Origin: a virus
Taxonomy: Duplodnaviria; Caudoviricetes
Strand: one strand, 5' to 3'
IMG/VR virus record: IMGVR_UViG_3300042890_000355
Coordinates: 1 to 60,714 of that record
Length of the DNA: 60,714 nucleotides
Both the position numbers and the translations under genes were made by a program. The notes beneath the pieces are model-generated. The model searched no databases. It was not told where the DNA came from and saw nothing but the letters and a program-made list of their open reading frames with translations. Shown here piece after piece: positions 38,720 to 47,817 of this stretch. How positions within the stretch are numbered: position 1 is the stretch's first letter; each line of letters starts with the position of its first letter.

Positions 38720-39201
38720 CCAATGAACAACTGCAACAAGTGGCAAACCAGTTAATTGAGCAATACAGGCACGAAATCGTCCGAGATGGCGATTGGTGGC
38801 ATGGCACAGATGAGCATTCATTTAACATCCATTCACCCGATGAGGACGGATGGTTTTCTATCAACGTCTACAAAGTTGACCCAGTTACAGGGATGGATAA
38901 CTACGAATGGATGATCGACCTTGAGCGTATTTATTTGGGCTTGGGCGAGACCAACGGCACTATCCGGATGCGGGACGACCTAGCCAAAGCGGGTTACGCC
39001 ATTCCCGCTTCGCGCACCTTCAGCGATTACGACACGCTAGACGATGACCTTTACATCACCGCCAAAGAGTTAGAGGGCGCAGTGCAAGGTGACGACCCCG
39101 CAGACCCTGACGACCACCCGTTTTGCTACGTCAAACTGAAAGACGGACGGAGTTTGTACTTCATCAGCGTAGACCTAGATTTTGAGGAGACCATCCGATG
39201 A
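38716..39201 (+). CDS. Acidic early protein, possibly a fusion of two modules (ends ETIR)
   Basis: 161 aa, Asp-rich; bounded by junction repeats. Confidence 0.7.
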   Translation: MTNEQLQQVANQLIEQYRHEIVRDGDWWHGTDEHSFNIHSPDEDGWFSINVYKVDPVTGMDNYEWMIDLERIYLGLGETNGTIRMRDDLAKAGYAIPASRTFSDYDTLDDDLYITAKELEGAVQGDDPADPDDHPFCYVKLKDGRSLYFISVDLDFEETIR

Positions 39202-39455
39202 ACAAATTAGAAGCCCACAAATACCACACCGAGGAACTAGCCAAGCATGGATGGCATGTTCTGCACATGCTACACATTGACGACATTAAAGACCGCATCA
39301 ACGGAGGCACAGACATTGTGGAGATGCCTTCCGATGCAGTACTGAATGACGCTTGCGCTTATGTTGCTAACGGACACGACTTCCACGACTACGCAGACTG
39401 CGTAGATTGGGCGGTGAGCATGATTCACGAATGGAAAGAGGAGGGATCAATATGA
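39198..39455 (+). CDS. Early hypothetical protein
   Basis: Starts at the junction repeat. Confidence 0.7.
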   Translation: MNKLEAHKYHTEELAKHGWHVLHMLHIDDIKDRINGGTDIVEMPSDAVLNDACAYVANGHDFHDYADCVDWAVSMIHEWKEEGSI

Positions 39456-39667
39456 AAACATCCGAACACTTCGCACTTGACGAATGGTTGTCAGACTACC
39501 CCGACAACCTGACTTACGACCAAGTGATCGCCATTCTGCGCGACCCTGAGAACACATGGTGCGCTGATGACATTACTGTTTGGGATGGCGTATCAAATAC
39601 TGAACTAAACGAAGTCGCCAACTACATTGAAAGCACAAAGAAACATTTTGAAAGGGTTACATCATGA
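39452..39667 (+). CDS. Early acidic hypothetical protein
   Basis: Likely start MKTSEHFAL overlapping the upstream stop. Confidence 0.65.
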   Translation: MKTSEHFALDEWLSDYPDNLTYDQVIAILRDPENTWCADDITVWDGVSNTELNEVANYIESTKKHFERVTS

Positions 39668-39825
39668 AAGTATCAGAACTGATCGCCCACCTAAGCGAAC
39701 TACCACCGCACCTAGAAGTCATGGTGTGGGATGCCGGAAATCGCAGCCGAATTGCGAGCGTTGACGACTCATTTATCCATGACGAACTGCCGTTCGTTGA
39801 ACTAAACACAGACACAGACGATTAA
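39664..39825 (+). CDS. Early hypothetical protein, 53 aa (MKVSELIAHLSELPPHLEV...)
   Basis: Common phage MKVxELIxxL N-terminus; ATGA overlap. Confidence 0.7.
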   Translation: MKVSELIAHLSELPPHLEVMVWDAGNRSRIASVDDSFIHDELPFVELNTDTDD

Positions 39826-39834
39826 GGAAACAAA

Positions 39835-40224
39835 ATGAAATACACAATTAAATCATCATTCATCACAAATTTGACCGCAGAGATCGAAGCAGACGATTAC
39901 GACCATGCTTACAAACTTGCCAGTCTACTTGTTAACAACACTTCAGAAAATGCGGTGTCACTAAAATACAAAACGACTGGGACTGAAAGCATAAAAATCA
40001 AAGAGATTGTTTTGTCAGATCTTAACTTCACAGACGAACAACTAGCTTTCATCAAATCCTACTCAACCAATGTTGCGGTAGCTGAAGATGAAATAATTAA
40101 GGCTTTCGTTTTGTCAGAAAACCATGATGAATTTTACAAAGATCATTCGGACACTTACTCAGGATTAGCCGATGCCCGAGGTGTATGGGAGGACGCTCGC
40201 AGATACTTCAAGGGGGCAAAATGA
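39835..40224 (+). CDS. Early hypothetical protein
   Basis: AAGGA RBS, 129 aa. Confidence 0.7.
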   Translation: MKYTIKSSFITNLTAEIEADDYDHAYKLASLLVNNTSENAVSLKYKTTGTESIKIKEIVLSDLNFTDEQLAFIKSYSTNVAVAEDEIIKAFVLSENHDEFYKDHSDTYSGLADARGVWEDARRYFKGAK

Positions 40225-40388
40225 ACTACCAATCAAGCTATTGGGACGATGAGAAGCTAGACATATTCCGAGACATGGAACGCAGGGCTTTTGCCGAGGG
40301 TAAACCTCCGGAACTGACCGACCTCTACGGCTTTATCATCGACACCCTCGAAGAACTCATTCAAGTAAAAGAATCATTGGAGAACTAA
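40221..40388 (+). CDS. Early hypothetical protein
   Basis: Likely start MNYQSSYW at the ATGA overlap. Confidence 0.6.
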   Translation: MNYQSSYWDDEKLDIFRDMERRAFAEGKPPELTDLYGFIIDTLEELIQVKESLEN

Positions 40389-40390
40389 TC

Positions 40391-40573
40391 ATGGATACAA
40401 CTCGCACCTTCCCCCGCACCTTAGCCGAGGCTTTTCCCGACGACTCAGACCACCGCGCCCGCTACGGATGCGCTATCGAGATCATGAAAAAACGTCCGAC
40501 TTACTGGCAAGAAACCTTTCAATTAGCCATTCTTTGTATTGCAATCGGCTATTGTTTGGGCAAAATGTTTTGA
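40391..40573 (+). CDS. Small protein with C-terminal TM helix
   Basis: TRTFPRTLAEAF motif; GGAG RBS. Confidence 0.7.
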   Translation: MDTTRTFPRTLAEAFPDDSDHRARYGCAIEIMKKRPTYWQETFQLAILCIAIGYCLGKMF

Positions 40574-40773
40574 TGAAAAACAAAACCCTCTTTGCAATCT
40601 ATCTCGTAGAAGATGAATCCGGTTTCGTAACTGTCAAGTCTGACCACATAGGCCACGGCATGATGAGCTACGAAATCGGGTTAGAGATACTAGCCAACCT
40701 CAAGATGGCGGAGGCTTTAAACCCCGAAGTCTTGAGCGTTGACTACATGTATTACTCAGACCAGTTTCAATGA
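40573..40773 (+). CDS. Hypothetical protein, last of the early operon
   Basis: TGATG overlap, MKNKTLFAIYL. Confidence 0.55.
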   Translation: MKNKTLFAIYLVEDESGFVTVKSDHIGHGMMSYEIGLEILANLKMAEALNPEVLSVDYMYYSDQFQ

Positions 40774-41580
40774 CGCAACGAGGCTTAGACCTAGCTTCAA
40801 CAAGCCAACCCTTTGATGGGTATCGTTCGCGTCCTCACCCACCACATCGCTCATCCAGTACTTCCATCCGATCTCCTTTGCGACACGTTCTCCTGTCCCG
40901 CTTTTATCGTTGTCCGCAATAAGGAGTCCATCCGGCAAGCCTTGAGCAACCTTCTTCATGTTGCCCGCACTGAAGCAAACATGAATGGTGTACCTCCGAC
41001 TCATCTTCTTAAGAGCCGCTTGTATAGACAAAGCCGTAGCGTATCCTTCACACAGAATATGCACACCCTTGTTATCAATTACTAACTCTGCGTTACTGGT
41101 GCGCTGACCATAGAGAAACTTCTTTGAGCCATCCGATTCGATTAGCTGACATCCAACAAGATGCCCATCCACCCGCATCGGTACGACCAAAGTCTTTTTA
41201 CCTTCATGCCCCCAGATCATGTCCTCTGCGCCTTCAAACCCCTTGGCATTTAAATACTCATGCTTGCCTAAGACTGTCTGACTTAGTATGAAAGCAGCCC
41301 GTTTAACTGCATCCGCTTGGTCAGCCATCCGCTTAGCGTCAGCTTCCCGCATGTCCCGAGCAATCTTCTTTCTGTCCACCTTGATAGGTGTCTCTGTCTG
41401 CCACAAAGATACCTCTGTATCCGTTGCATGGTTCTGCACAAAGCCATGATCTCCCATGAACTTGACCGCCCCGTTGCGCTTCCTTGGATGGTCATCCGTT
41501 GGGTATCTTCTCCATACTCCGATAGGCGGAGGGATGTCGATCAGGATGCCATGCGCCCTGCAAAATGAAATGAATTCCAT
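40756..41580 (-). CDS. Toprim-domain primase-like protein
   Basis: HEYLNAKG, LVVPM, LCEGYATALS, IADND, DAND. Confidence 0.88.
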   Translation of the reverse strand: MEFISFCRAHGILIDIPPPIGVWRRYPTDDHPRKRNGAVKFMGDHGFVQNHATDTEVSLWQTETPIKVDRKKIARDMREADAKRMADQADAVKRAAFILSQTVLGKHEYLNAKGFEGAEDMIWGHEGKKTLVVPMRVDGHLVGCQLIESDGSKKFLYGQRTSNAELVIDNKGVHILCEGYATALSIQAALKKMSRRYTIHVCFSAGNMKKVAQGLPDGLLIADNDKSGTGERVAKEIGWKYWMSDVVGEDANDTHQRVGLLKLGLSLVASLKLV

Positions 41581-43055
41581 TACCGCATCCTCCTGATTGA
41601 CTTGACGTATCTGTTGATGCCATCTTGCACAAACTTAGAGACCTTCGCATCCGGCATGACTGGTCTATCCTCTAACCCGCGAGGCCAGACTCCGAACTTC
41701 TCTCGGTACACATTAGCGGCTCGGCCTTTAGACCATCCGTTATATTTCATGTACCAGTTCATCATCGACCACCACATCTGCTTGTCGTCACGGGTCATAG
41801 TTCCTGTGAGTTCTTCCATCTCACCCGCTACCGCCTCGACCTTGGTCTTTCTCTGTCGTATATGTCCACATGACTTGCACATATCAGAGTTTAAAGGCCA
41901 TAAAGCACCACACGCAGGACACTTAGCCAACTCTTTCTCTTTCTCAGTGGGTTCTTTCTTAGTCTTTTCCGCCCCGTCATCTAGTTCACTAACACCACCA
42001 CCGAACACCTCATCCCAATTCTCACGGAAGCGCAGATAGTTACCCGAATGATCTAGCCACACGGCAAACTCTTTACCCTCATGACCACGCATGACCCGTC
42101 CCATCTGCTGAATGTGGGAGGACAATGACTTAGAGAACGGACGAGCCGAGACTCCGATCATCACATCGGACACATCGAATCCCTTGGTGAGAATGTCAGT
42201 AGCAATCAGGCCATTGATCTCTGTGTCCGGCTTGCTGAACTCCTCGATCACATCCTTCTTATACTGATCGTCATCCCGATAACTGATATTGATAAAGTTA
42301 TAGCCACGATCACCAAACTTCTGCGCCAAGTCAGCACCATGAGCTACACCGGAACAGAACACAATCGTCTTTGCCGGCTTACCAAAGATCTCATGGGTCT
42401 TTTTCTCCCACTCCACCACAATATCCCCTGTGATCTGCATGCCACGCTTGGTAGTCTCAGTAGGAGACCACTCGCCCGCCACCTTCTTAGCCCCCTCCAT
42501 GTTTATTTCTTTGGCAATAAATACTTTTAGCGGGACAAGCACCTTGTCATCTACTAAATCCCTTGTCGTTACAGTAGAGACCACATCCTCATAGACCTTG
42601 GCTAGACCCTTGGTGAATGGCGTAGCACTCAGACCTATGACTCTGATCTCTGGATTGTTCTTGATGAATTCAACTGTTGCCGCCCGTGTCTGGTGGGCTT
42701 CGTCAATGATGAGTAGGTTAAGGTTAGGGAACTCATCCCTTCTCTCCAACGTCTGAGCCGAGCAGATTTGTATCTTCTCCGATGGTAGATTACGCCAGTG
42801 ACCTGACTGTAAAACTCCATGCTCAATCTTGTACTTGTCTAGCCGTTGACTGGTCTGATCGCACAGAATGATCCTGTCCAAGACCATTGCCGCCCGATTA
42901 CCCTTCATCTTTGTGGCCTCAAGCAAAGCAATAGCCATCTCTGTCTTGCCTGCTCCTGTCGGGGCATAAAGCATCAAGCTTTTCTTGCCCGATGCAAACC
43001 CCTCACGCAATGCCTTCAGCGTAGCCTCTTGATAAGGCCGTAGTTCTAATCCCAT
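41580..43055 (-). CDS. SF2 (DEAH) helicase with C-terminal zinc finger
   Basis: LRPYQ, APTGAGKT, DEAH, LSATP, KGFD, QQMGRVMR, CPAC...CKSC. Confidence 0.93.
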   Translation of the reverse strand: MGLELRPYQEATLKALREGFASGKKSLMLYAPTGAGKTEMAIALLEATKMKGNRAAMVLDRIILCDQTSQRLDKYKIEHGVLQSGHWRNLPSEKIQICSAQTLERRDEFPNLNLLIIDEAHQTRAATVEFIKNNPEIRVIGLSATPFTKGLAKVYEDVVSTVTTRDLVDDKVLVPLKVFIAKEINMEGAKKVAGEWSPTETTKRGMQITGDIVVEWEKKTHEIFGKPAKTIVFCSGVAHGADLAQKFGDRGYNFINISYRDDDQYKKDVIEEFSKPDTEINGLIATDILTKGFDVSDVMIGVSARPFSKSLSSHIQQMGRVMRGHEGKEFAVWLDHSGNYLRFRENWDEVFGGGVSELDDGAEKTKKEPTEKEKELAKCPACGALWPLNSDMCKSCGHIRQRKTKVEAVAGEMEELTGTMTRDDKQMWWSMMNWYMKYNGWSKGRAANVYREKFGVWPRGLEDRPVMPDAKVSKFVQDGINRYVKSIRRMR

Positions 43056-43103
43056 ATTGTTTCTCCAGCTACCCACACATTAGCCTGTGGGCTTAGGCTT
43101 CTT

Positions 43104-43862
43104 TTACTTCTTAAGTTGTCTCTGCATCGCTGCGATTTGCTTCTTCATTGCCGCATTCTCATTGAGCAATGTGTCCCGACTGATACGGGTTGACTTCAAC
43201 TCTAACTCCAGTATACGGATGTCCTCACGCAACTGGGCAATCGTGTTCTCAGCCAGCTTCTTCTCTGATTCGTCAGCCGCATAAACTGCCACGGCCAATC
43301 GGTCTTTCAGCTTGTCGTTCTCATCTGCCAATGCCTTGATAACATCACCGCTTTGGTCGTGCTTTGGTTCTTCCTCTGGCTTCTCATACTTAGCCTTGCG
43401 CTCGAACGTCTTGCCGTTGCGAGAAACTTTAACAACCTCTGGCTTCACACCACCACGGACTGACTCGACTAAAGTAACAGACACACGACACGCCTTAGCT
43501 ATCTCGGTACTGTTCCAGAACTGCCATTCAAAGTCATCAAGCATAGCCTGAACTGCGTTGCGCTTGTCCTCGTTAGATCTGTGCCGGCCATTCTCTGCGT
43601 TCACGCTAAAGGATCTGAGGATCGCATCCCTCAATGTGCCGTTGACAACCTGTACATCAATGTCCTTTAAGCCTGCCTTCTGGTGGGCAAAGTATCGGTG
43701 GTATCCGTCAGTCAAGTAATACTTAATGCCGTCATAGTACACAAGCACCGGAGGAAACCGAGCACCATTCTTTAGCGACTCTGCGTATTCATCTACCGCC
43801 TCTTGAATAATCTTGACCCGTGACTGCGTACCGCCATCAATAGTTAGTTGGTTAAGTTTCAT
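43104..43862 (-). CDS. ParB/Srx N-terminal domain protein with HTH and coiled coil
   Basis: TQSR, FPPVLV, DGYHR, NAENG; EIAKACRVS HTH. Confidence 0.85.
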   Translation of the reverse strand: MKLNQLTIDGGTQSRVKIIQEAVDEYAESLKNGARFPPVLVYYDGIKYYLTDGYHRYFAHQKAGLKDIDVQVVNGTLRDAILRSFSVNAENGRHRSNEDKRNAVQAMLDDFEWQFWNSTEIAKACRVSVTLVESVRGGVKPEVVKVSRNGKTFERKAKYEKPEEEPKHDQSGDVIKALADENDKLKDRLAVAVYAADESEKKLAENTIAQLREDIRILELELKSTRISRDTLLNENAAMKKQIAAMQRQLKK

Positions 43863-44120
43863 TTGCCCTGTCCTTTCATCGTCCATCCAATTAAAAAGTA
43901 ACACCACTTAGTGTTTATGTTTATGTTTGTGTATCTCTTTCCATTCCAAGCATCAGCAATGCTTCTGCCCTTGGTGGCCATGTAAGACTCAAACGCCTGT
44001 CGTGCATCGTTCATGATTTCGCTTTCAAATAATTAATCTCGCGTTGGTAGTGGGCTATTAACTCCTCCAACATCTTGCTATATTGCTTTTCCCATTCCAG
44101 TTTTGCTTTCAGTTCTTCCA

Positions 44121-44294
44121 TTACGATCTCCTTATTGCTCTTCTAGTCCAGCAGTTTGCACAATGCCACTTGTTGGGTGACATCTGAATGCCTCCCTCTG
44201 GTGGCTTCTCTTCCTTACACTTGTCACATTTTTTAAGTTGGTGATAGGGCTGCTTACTCCCAAGCGTCAACTGTTGCGCTACAAATCCGTTCAT
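44121..44294 (-). CDS. Small zinc-finger protein, 57 aa
   Basis: CDKC...CANCW; ATGA overlap with the 44291 gene. Confidence 0.65.
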   Translation of the reverse strand: MNGFVAQQLTLGSKQPYHQLKKCDKCKEEKPPEGGIQMSPNKWHCANCWTRRAIRRS

Positions 44295-44527
44295 TCTTCA
44301 TCCCATATATCGTTAGGCCATACCAGTACGGGTGTAGTAACCCCCAAGTAACCGCCTTCTATGTTGAACTCTATAAACTCTCGTGCTTCATCGGCATCTA
44401 TGCCGTCCCGCATGAGAATCTCCCGTATCTTTTCGCCGTCGTAGACAAGCACTTGAACCTGTTGTCTGTCGCGCCAGATAAATGCAGGGCCAAGGATGGC
44501 TTCGTCATATCCTTCGTACTTAATCAT
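44291..44527 (-). CDS. Conserved phage hypothetical protein
   Basis: GYDEAILG...EAREFIEFNIEGGYLG..TP. Confidence 0.8.
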   Translation of the reverse strand: MIKYEGYDEAILGPAFIWRDRQQVQVLVYDGEKIREILMRDGIDADEAREFIEFNIEGGYLGVTTPVLVWPNDIWDEE

Positions 44528-44727
44528 CGCTTCATGCTCCTTATGTATGCCGAAAAGCTTCCCATAGTGTCTTTCTCAAAGGCTTTAAAGTTGTACACCG
44601 CCTTTGCCACCTCCTCTAGCGTGTCGTTCCTGATCTTTTCTGACACCTCATTGATCTGAGCCTTGACCATCTGCCGCTTGCGCCAGCCCATCGCCTTCTC
44701 CCATATATTTAATTCAGGTTCTGACAT
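44524..44727 (-). CDS. Hypothetical protein
   Basis: RNDTLEEVA motif; coupled. Confidence 0.7.
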   Translation of the reverse strand: MSEPELNIWEKAMGWRKRQMVKAQINEVSEKIRNDTLEEVAKAVYNFKAFEKDTMGSFSAYIRSMKR

Positions 44728-44894
44728 GGAATTCCTTTCAAGTCTGGAAACATCTTGTCTACTTGCGCCTTGATCCTGTCGTTGCGTTCTTTAATCTTTG
44801 CCGCCCTCGCAAGGATCGGTGCAATAAACCATGTAATTGTTTTGTTGTAACGAAGTTTTCTTAATGTTTTCTTTCGGTTTTTTCTTACTTTCAT
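44709..44894 (-). CDS. Basic hypothetical protein
   Basis: Coupled to neighbours. Confidence 0.5.
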   Translation of the reverse strand: MKVRKNRKKTLRKLRYNKTITWFIAPILARAAKIKERNDRIKAQVDKMFPDLKGIPCQNLN

Positions 44895-45334
44895 CGCTTC
44901 ATCCTAACCCTTGATGGGCTTTTAGTTACATTCCAATCTGTAGCTTGGTTACGGTTGGAATATTCAAGCATACTCATTGCAACCTTCTTACGATTGCGTG
45001 AGTCCTGCCCCCGCTCCTTTGCAAGATTTAAGTCATTAATCATGTCTTTCTCGGTGTCATAAGAACTTGTTTCTAATTTGCGTAGAAGCAGTATGTCTTT
45101 ATCAGGAGTCTGCTCCCACAACCGCTTGCTAATCTTTGACAAATGATTGGCAACAAATACTCTGATACCAATCTTCCACGGATACCCCATTTTGGGTATG
45201 CGTTTTAATGGTGGATCACAATCTGTTAACTGCTTTCCAGACAAGTCCCTAAACAAAAGCACTGCGTCTTGAACACTTCCCGCTCTACGCCATGTGCTTA
45301 TGACTGCTGCATCCCAGTTCTTTTGGTCACTCAT
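44891..45334 (-). CDS. Hypothetical protein
   Basis: 147 aa, ATGA overlaps. Confidence 0.7.
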   Translation of the reverse strand: MSDQKNWDAAVISTWRRAGSVQDAVLLFRDLSGKQLTDCDPPLKRIPKMGYPWKIGIRVFVANHLSKISKRLWEQTPDKDILLLRKLETSSYDTEKDMINDLNLAKERGQDSRNRKKVAMSMLEYSNRNQATDWNVTKSPSRVRMKR

Positions 45335-45564
45335 TTGTTCTTCCTTTCACCGAGAACTTTATTGCTCCACTCGACTTTGTAGATGCCACCATCCAAGCCA
45401 AAGTCAATTCGTATGTTGCACTCAACAAGGTATGGATGCAGGCTTACACCCAACCCATCCATGTTCTGATTCACTCTGTAGTATTTGCTGACCATTGTCT
45501 TGCCGCGATCTTCTTCGGGCGTGAACTGCCTGTACAGTGGTTCAGGTGTCTTTGATTTGCTCAT
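45331..45564 (-). CDS. Hypothetical protein
   Basis: 77 aa, ATGA overlaps. Confidence 0.6.
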   Translation of the reverse strand: MSKSKTPEPLYRQFTPEEDRGKTMVSKYYRVNQNMDGLGVSLHPYLVECNIRIDFGLDGGIYKVEWSNKVLGERKNK

Positions 45565-45815
45565 GCTTGTCCCCTTGCTCGGATGGCATCACGGTTATCA
45601 ATACAAGCCGCCCATGCTGATTTTGCTGTTGGGTTTCCTTCAAGTTTTGCATACACATCAGCGTGTTTCTTGCAAACTTCAGCACACGACTCACGCTCGG
45701 CAGAAGCGACAAGGGCGGCTAGTTGTTCAAACTTGTTAACGTCTTTGTCGCTGGCGTGTCGAATGAAACCAAGGCCAGCTTTCTCAGCCAGATCAAATAG
45801 TTCATCGCGGTTCAT
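45561..45815 (-). CDS. Conserved phage protein (AEREACA...AIRARG type)
   Basis: AERESCAEVC...DAIRARGQA. Confidence 0.8.
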   Translation of the reverse strand: MNRDELFDLAEKAGLGFIRHASDKDVNKFEQLAALVASAERESCAEVCKKHADVYAKLEGNPTAKSAWAACIDNRDAIRARGQA

Positions 45816-45832
45816 ACTGCTACCTTTTTTCT

Positions 45833-46078
45833 TTACTGTTGTGGTGTGTTGGGCGCAATTAAAAGCTTCATTTTTCTCGCTAGTAATGCCGCAAACATAT
45901 TTAACTCTTCGGTAATATCTGTCTCACCATGTATGTCAGAATAAAAACGTTCGCCATCCGTAGAAAAACCGGCATCAGTAGCACAGTCAAAGATTAAATT
46001 GTCTATAAATTCATAATCTGCATCTGTTAATTCTGGATCCATAACATCGTTGTCATCTCTCATATCATCTATATTCAT
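45833..46078 (-). CDS. Acidic hypothetical protein
   Basis: GAGGA RBS, 81 aa. Confidence 0.6.
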   Translation of the reverse strand: MNIDDMRDDNDVMDPELTDADYEFIDNLIFDCATDAGFSTDGERFYSDIHGETDITEELNMFAALLARKMKLLIAPNTPQQ

Positions 46079-46166
46079 AGCGGTGCATCCTCGTGGTTAT
46101 TAGGGTTGAACTTAGGAACTTTGTTGCCAGTGTCTTTGGGGTTTGGAAATGGGGGGAAAGGCCATG

Positions 46167-46475
46167 TCATTTCGTATCCTCAAAGATTTCATCAAACTGC
46201 TCCACTAACTTCTGCGTTACCTCTGCTTCCACCCACGCCACCATCGTTCTTCCAAGGATGTTGTCGAACTCTGGGAATGTCTGGTTGAATCTCTCTATCT
46301 GTTCTTTGGTCATCACTGATCTCCTTTGTTTAATCTTTCTTCTCTCCACATGGCACTGCATGTCGTCCTCCCACGTAGCCCACTCAAAGAGCCAACGCCA
46401 CATGAATTCCTCGTTCATGCACCCATGTTGGTACTTAGCCATCTTCAGGCAGATGTCTTTACTTGGTCTGTCCAT
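46167..46475 (-). CDS. Hypothetical protein
   Basis: GGAG RBS, 102 aa. Confidence 0.6.
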   Translation of the reverse strand: MDRPSKDICLKMAKYQHGCMNEEFMWRWLFEWATWEDDMQCHVERRKIKQRRSVMTKEQIERFNQTFPEFDNILGRTMVAWVEAEVTQKLVEQFDEIFEDTK

Positions 46476-46659
46476 TCTTTATCTCCCTGATTACTCTCTT
46501 GATAACCGCAGCAGTTACCATGAATCTTTCAGCAATAACTCTCATAGACAAACCCTCTTTCATAAGCACCTCAACCCTGCGTTTATCCACTTGTGTAGCA
46601 GGACGACCCGACCCTTTCCTTGCTCCACCGTGCGTTAGTTTCTCTTCGTTATACCTCAT
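46459..46659 (-). CDS. Small HTH DNA-binding protein
   Basis: AGGAG RBS, start MRYNEEK; HGGARKGSGRP then GLSMRVIAERFMVT HTH. Confidence 0.75.
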   Translation of the reverse strand: MRYNEEKLTHGGARKGSGRPATQVDKRRVEVLMKEGLSMRVIAERFMVTAAVIKRVIREIKNGQTK

Positions 46660-47119
46660 TGCTTGTCTCCTGTTATACCTGCTACGTTTTACAATATTAT
46701 TGCACAGTTCTGGCAGTTTGTGCCGTCTTGTGTAAAAAAGTGGTAGGTGGTTTCCCGTAGTACCCGTTTTGGGCATAGAGAGAGCCGCTACCTCTGAACC
46801 CCCCTCTGGTGGAGAGGAGGAACTCAGTGAGGCAGTGCTCCGAAAACGCGACTCATCTGTCCTACGTTTTCCAAGTTCGGTGGAATGCCGGATTCTCTTT
46901 CTATAAGGGTGGCGCTTTAACGGTACGCCCTGACAGCTAGTCTTACCTCCCTACGGCTCAATTGGTTAGTTACCCTCTTTCACACTGGCCACGAATCATT
47001 TGCCAGTACCGCTCGGCTCTCTTAGGAAGCGGCCCTTGACTGCAAGGGTAAGGTCATATCTGGGTACCGGAGATTTCTGCCGTATAAGCTAACGCGCCCT
47101 GACGGTTACTGTAGGAGGA

Positions 47120-47331
47120 GAGACTGGAACTGCTCACATGAAGCAGTGTTTCGTCAACTAAGAAAGGGCAATGTGAAGGCGCTAACCCATCACCAGTCCC
47201 AGTCTCAAAACAAAAAAGGCCGCTTACAACTGCGTCCGGTCGGAGCCTTAACTAATACCTCTCTCTACTAGGGTATTAGGTAAAGCGGAACGCATGTGTA
47301 AACGGCCTCAACTTATTGCCTCCGACAGCAA
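47120..47331 (-). ncRNA. Candidate structured leader/antisense-type RNA with terminator
   Basis: Long interrupted hairpin 47217-47308 followed by a T-tract; its bulge CTCCGAC is complementary to upstream loop GTCGGAG; second domain closed by a 13-bp stem 47120-47206. Confidence 0.55.
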
Positions 47332-47338
47332 CGAGCGG

Positions 47339-47369
47339 ATTATAACCACAACTGTTCCGGCCTTGTCAA
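47339..47369 (-). promoter_or_regulatory. Putative leftward sigma70 promoter
   Basis: Perfect TTGACA and TATAAT hexamers with an atypical 19-bp spacer; 20-bp palindrome adjacent at 47377. Confidence 0.55.
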
Positions 47370-47398
47370 CTCACGTAGAAAAATTAAAAGTTTTCTGC

Positions 47399-47429
47399 AA
47401 AAAAAAAGTGGCCTCAGTTACGAGGCCAC
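47399..47429 (-). terminator. Rho-independent terminator
   Basis: GTGGCCTC-6nt-GAGGCCAC followed by T9 on the minus strand. Confidence 0.85.
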
Positions 47430-47491
47430 CAAAGTTCATCAAAGGAAAAAAGCAACTCACAAAACAACCAGCCGTCTGGATTGATGCCATC

Positions 47492-47779
47492 TTACTCGCA
47501 GCGTTTAAGAATTTCAAGTGCTTCTTGCGCCGAATTCACTATTACCAGCATCCCACCTGTCCACTCATCAAAGAACTTCTGCTCGGCCTCGGTTAGTTTC
47601 CTAGCTGACGGTACTTTGTCCCCGTCTTTGACCTCCATAAGCACCGTATAGCCCTTGTAAGCCACTAAAAGGTCAGGGATGCCATCACCCTGCGAGATGA
47701 TCCTTACGAACGCTCCTGCGCCCCGTAATGCGTCCACGATTTTGTTCTGGTTAGCGTCGATTCTGTTGGCGTATCTCAT
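47492..47779 (-). CDS. VRR-NUC / PD-(D/E)XK endonuclease (resolvase-like)
   Basis: GIPDLLV...LMEVK...LTEAEQKF. Confidence 0.85.
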   Translation of the reverse strand: MRYANRIDANQNKIVDALRGAGAFVRIISQGDGIPDLLVAYKGYTVLMEVKDGDKVPSARKLTEAEQKFFDEWTGGMLVIVNSAQEALEILKRCE

Positions 47780-47817
47780 GGCTTCTCCTACCTGATAAAA
47801 ATATTTTAACTTACCTG

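Larger units (their letters stand above)
36495..39200 (+). repeat. Dispersed 15-bp gene-junction repeat GGAGACCATCCGATG
   Basis: Exact copies at 36495, 36834, 38355, 38531, 39186; variants at 37301, 38704, 35954; each supplies RBS and ATG. Confidence 0.92.

Noticed and set aside
36495-39200. Integron attC cassette array
   Set aside because: The repeat is 15 bp, non-palindromic, lacks RYYYAAC/GTTRRRY cores, and no integrase is present
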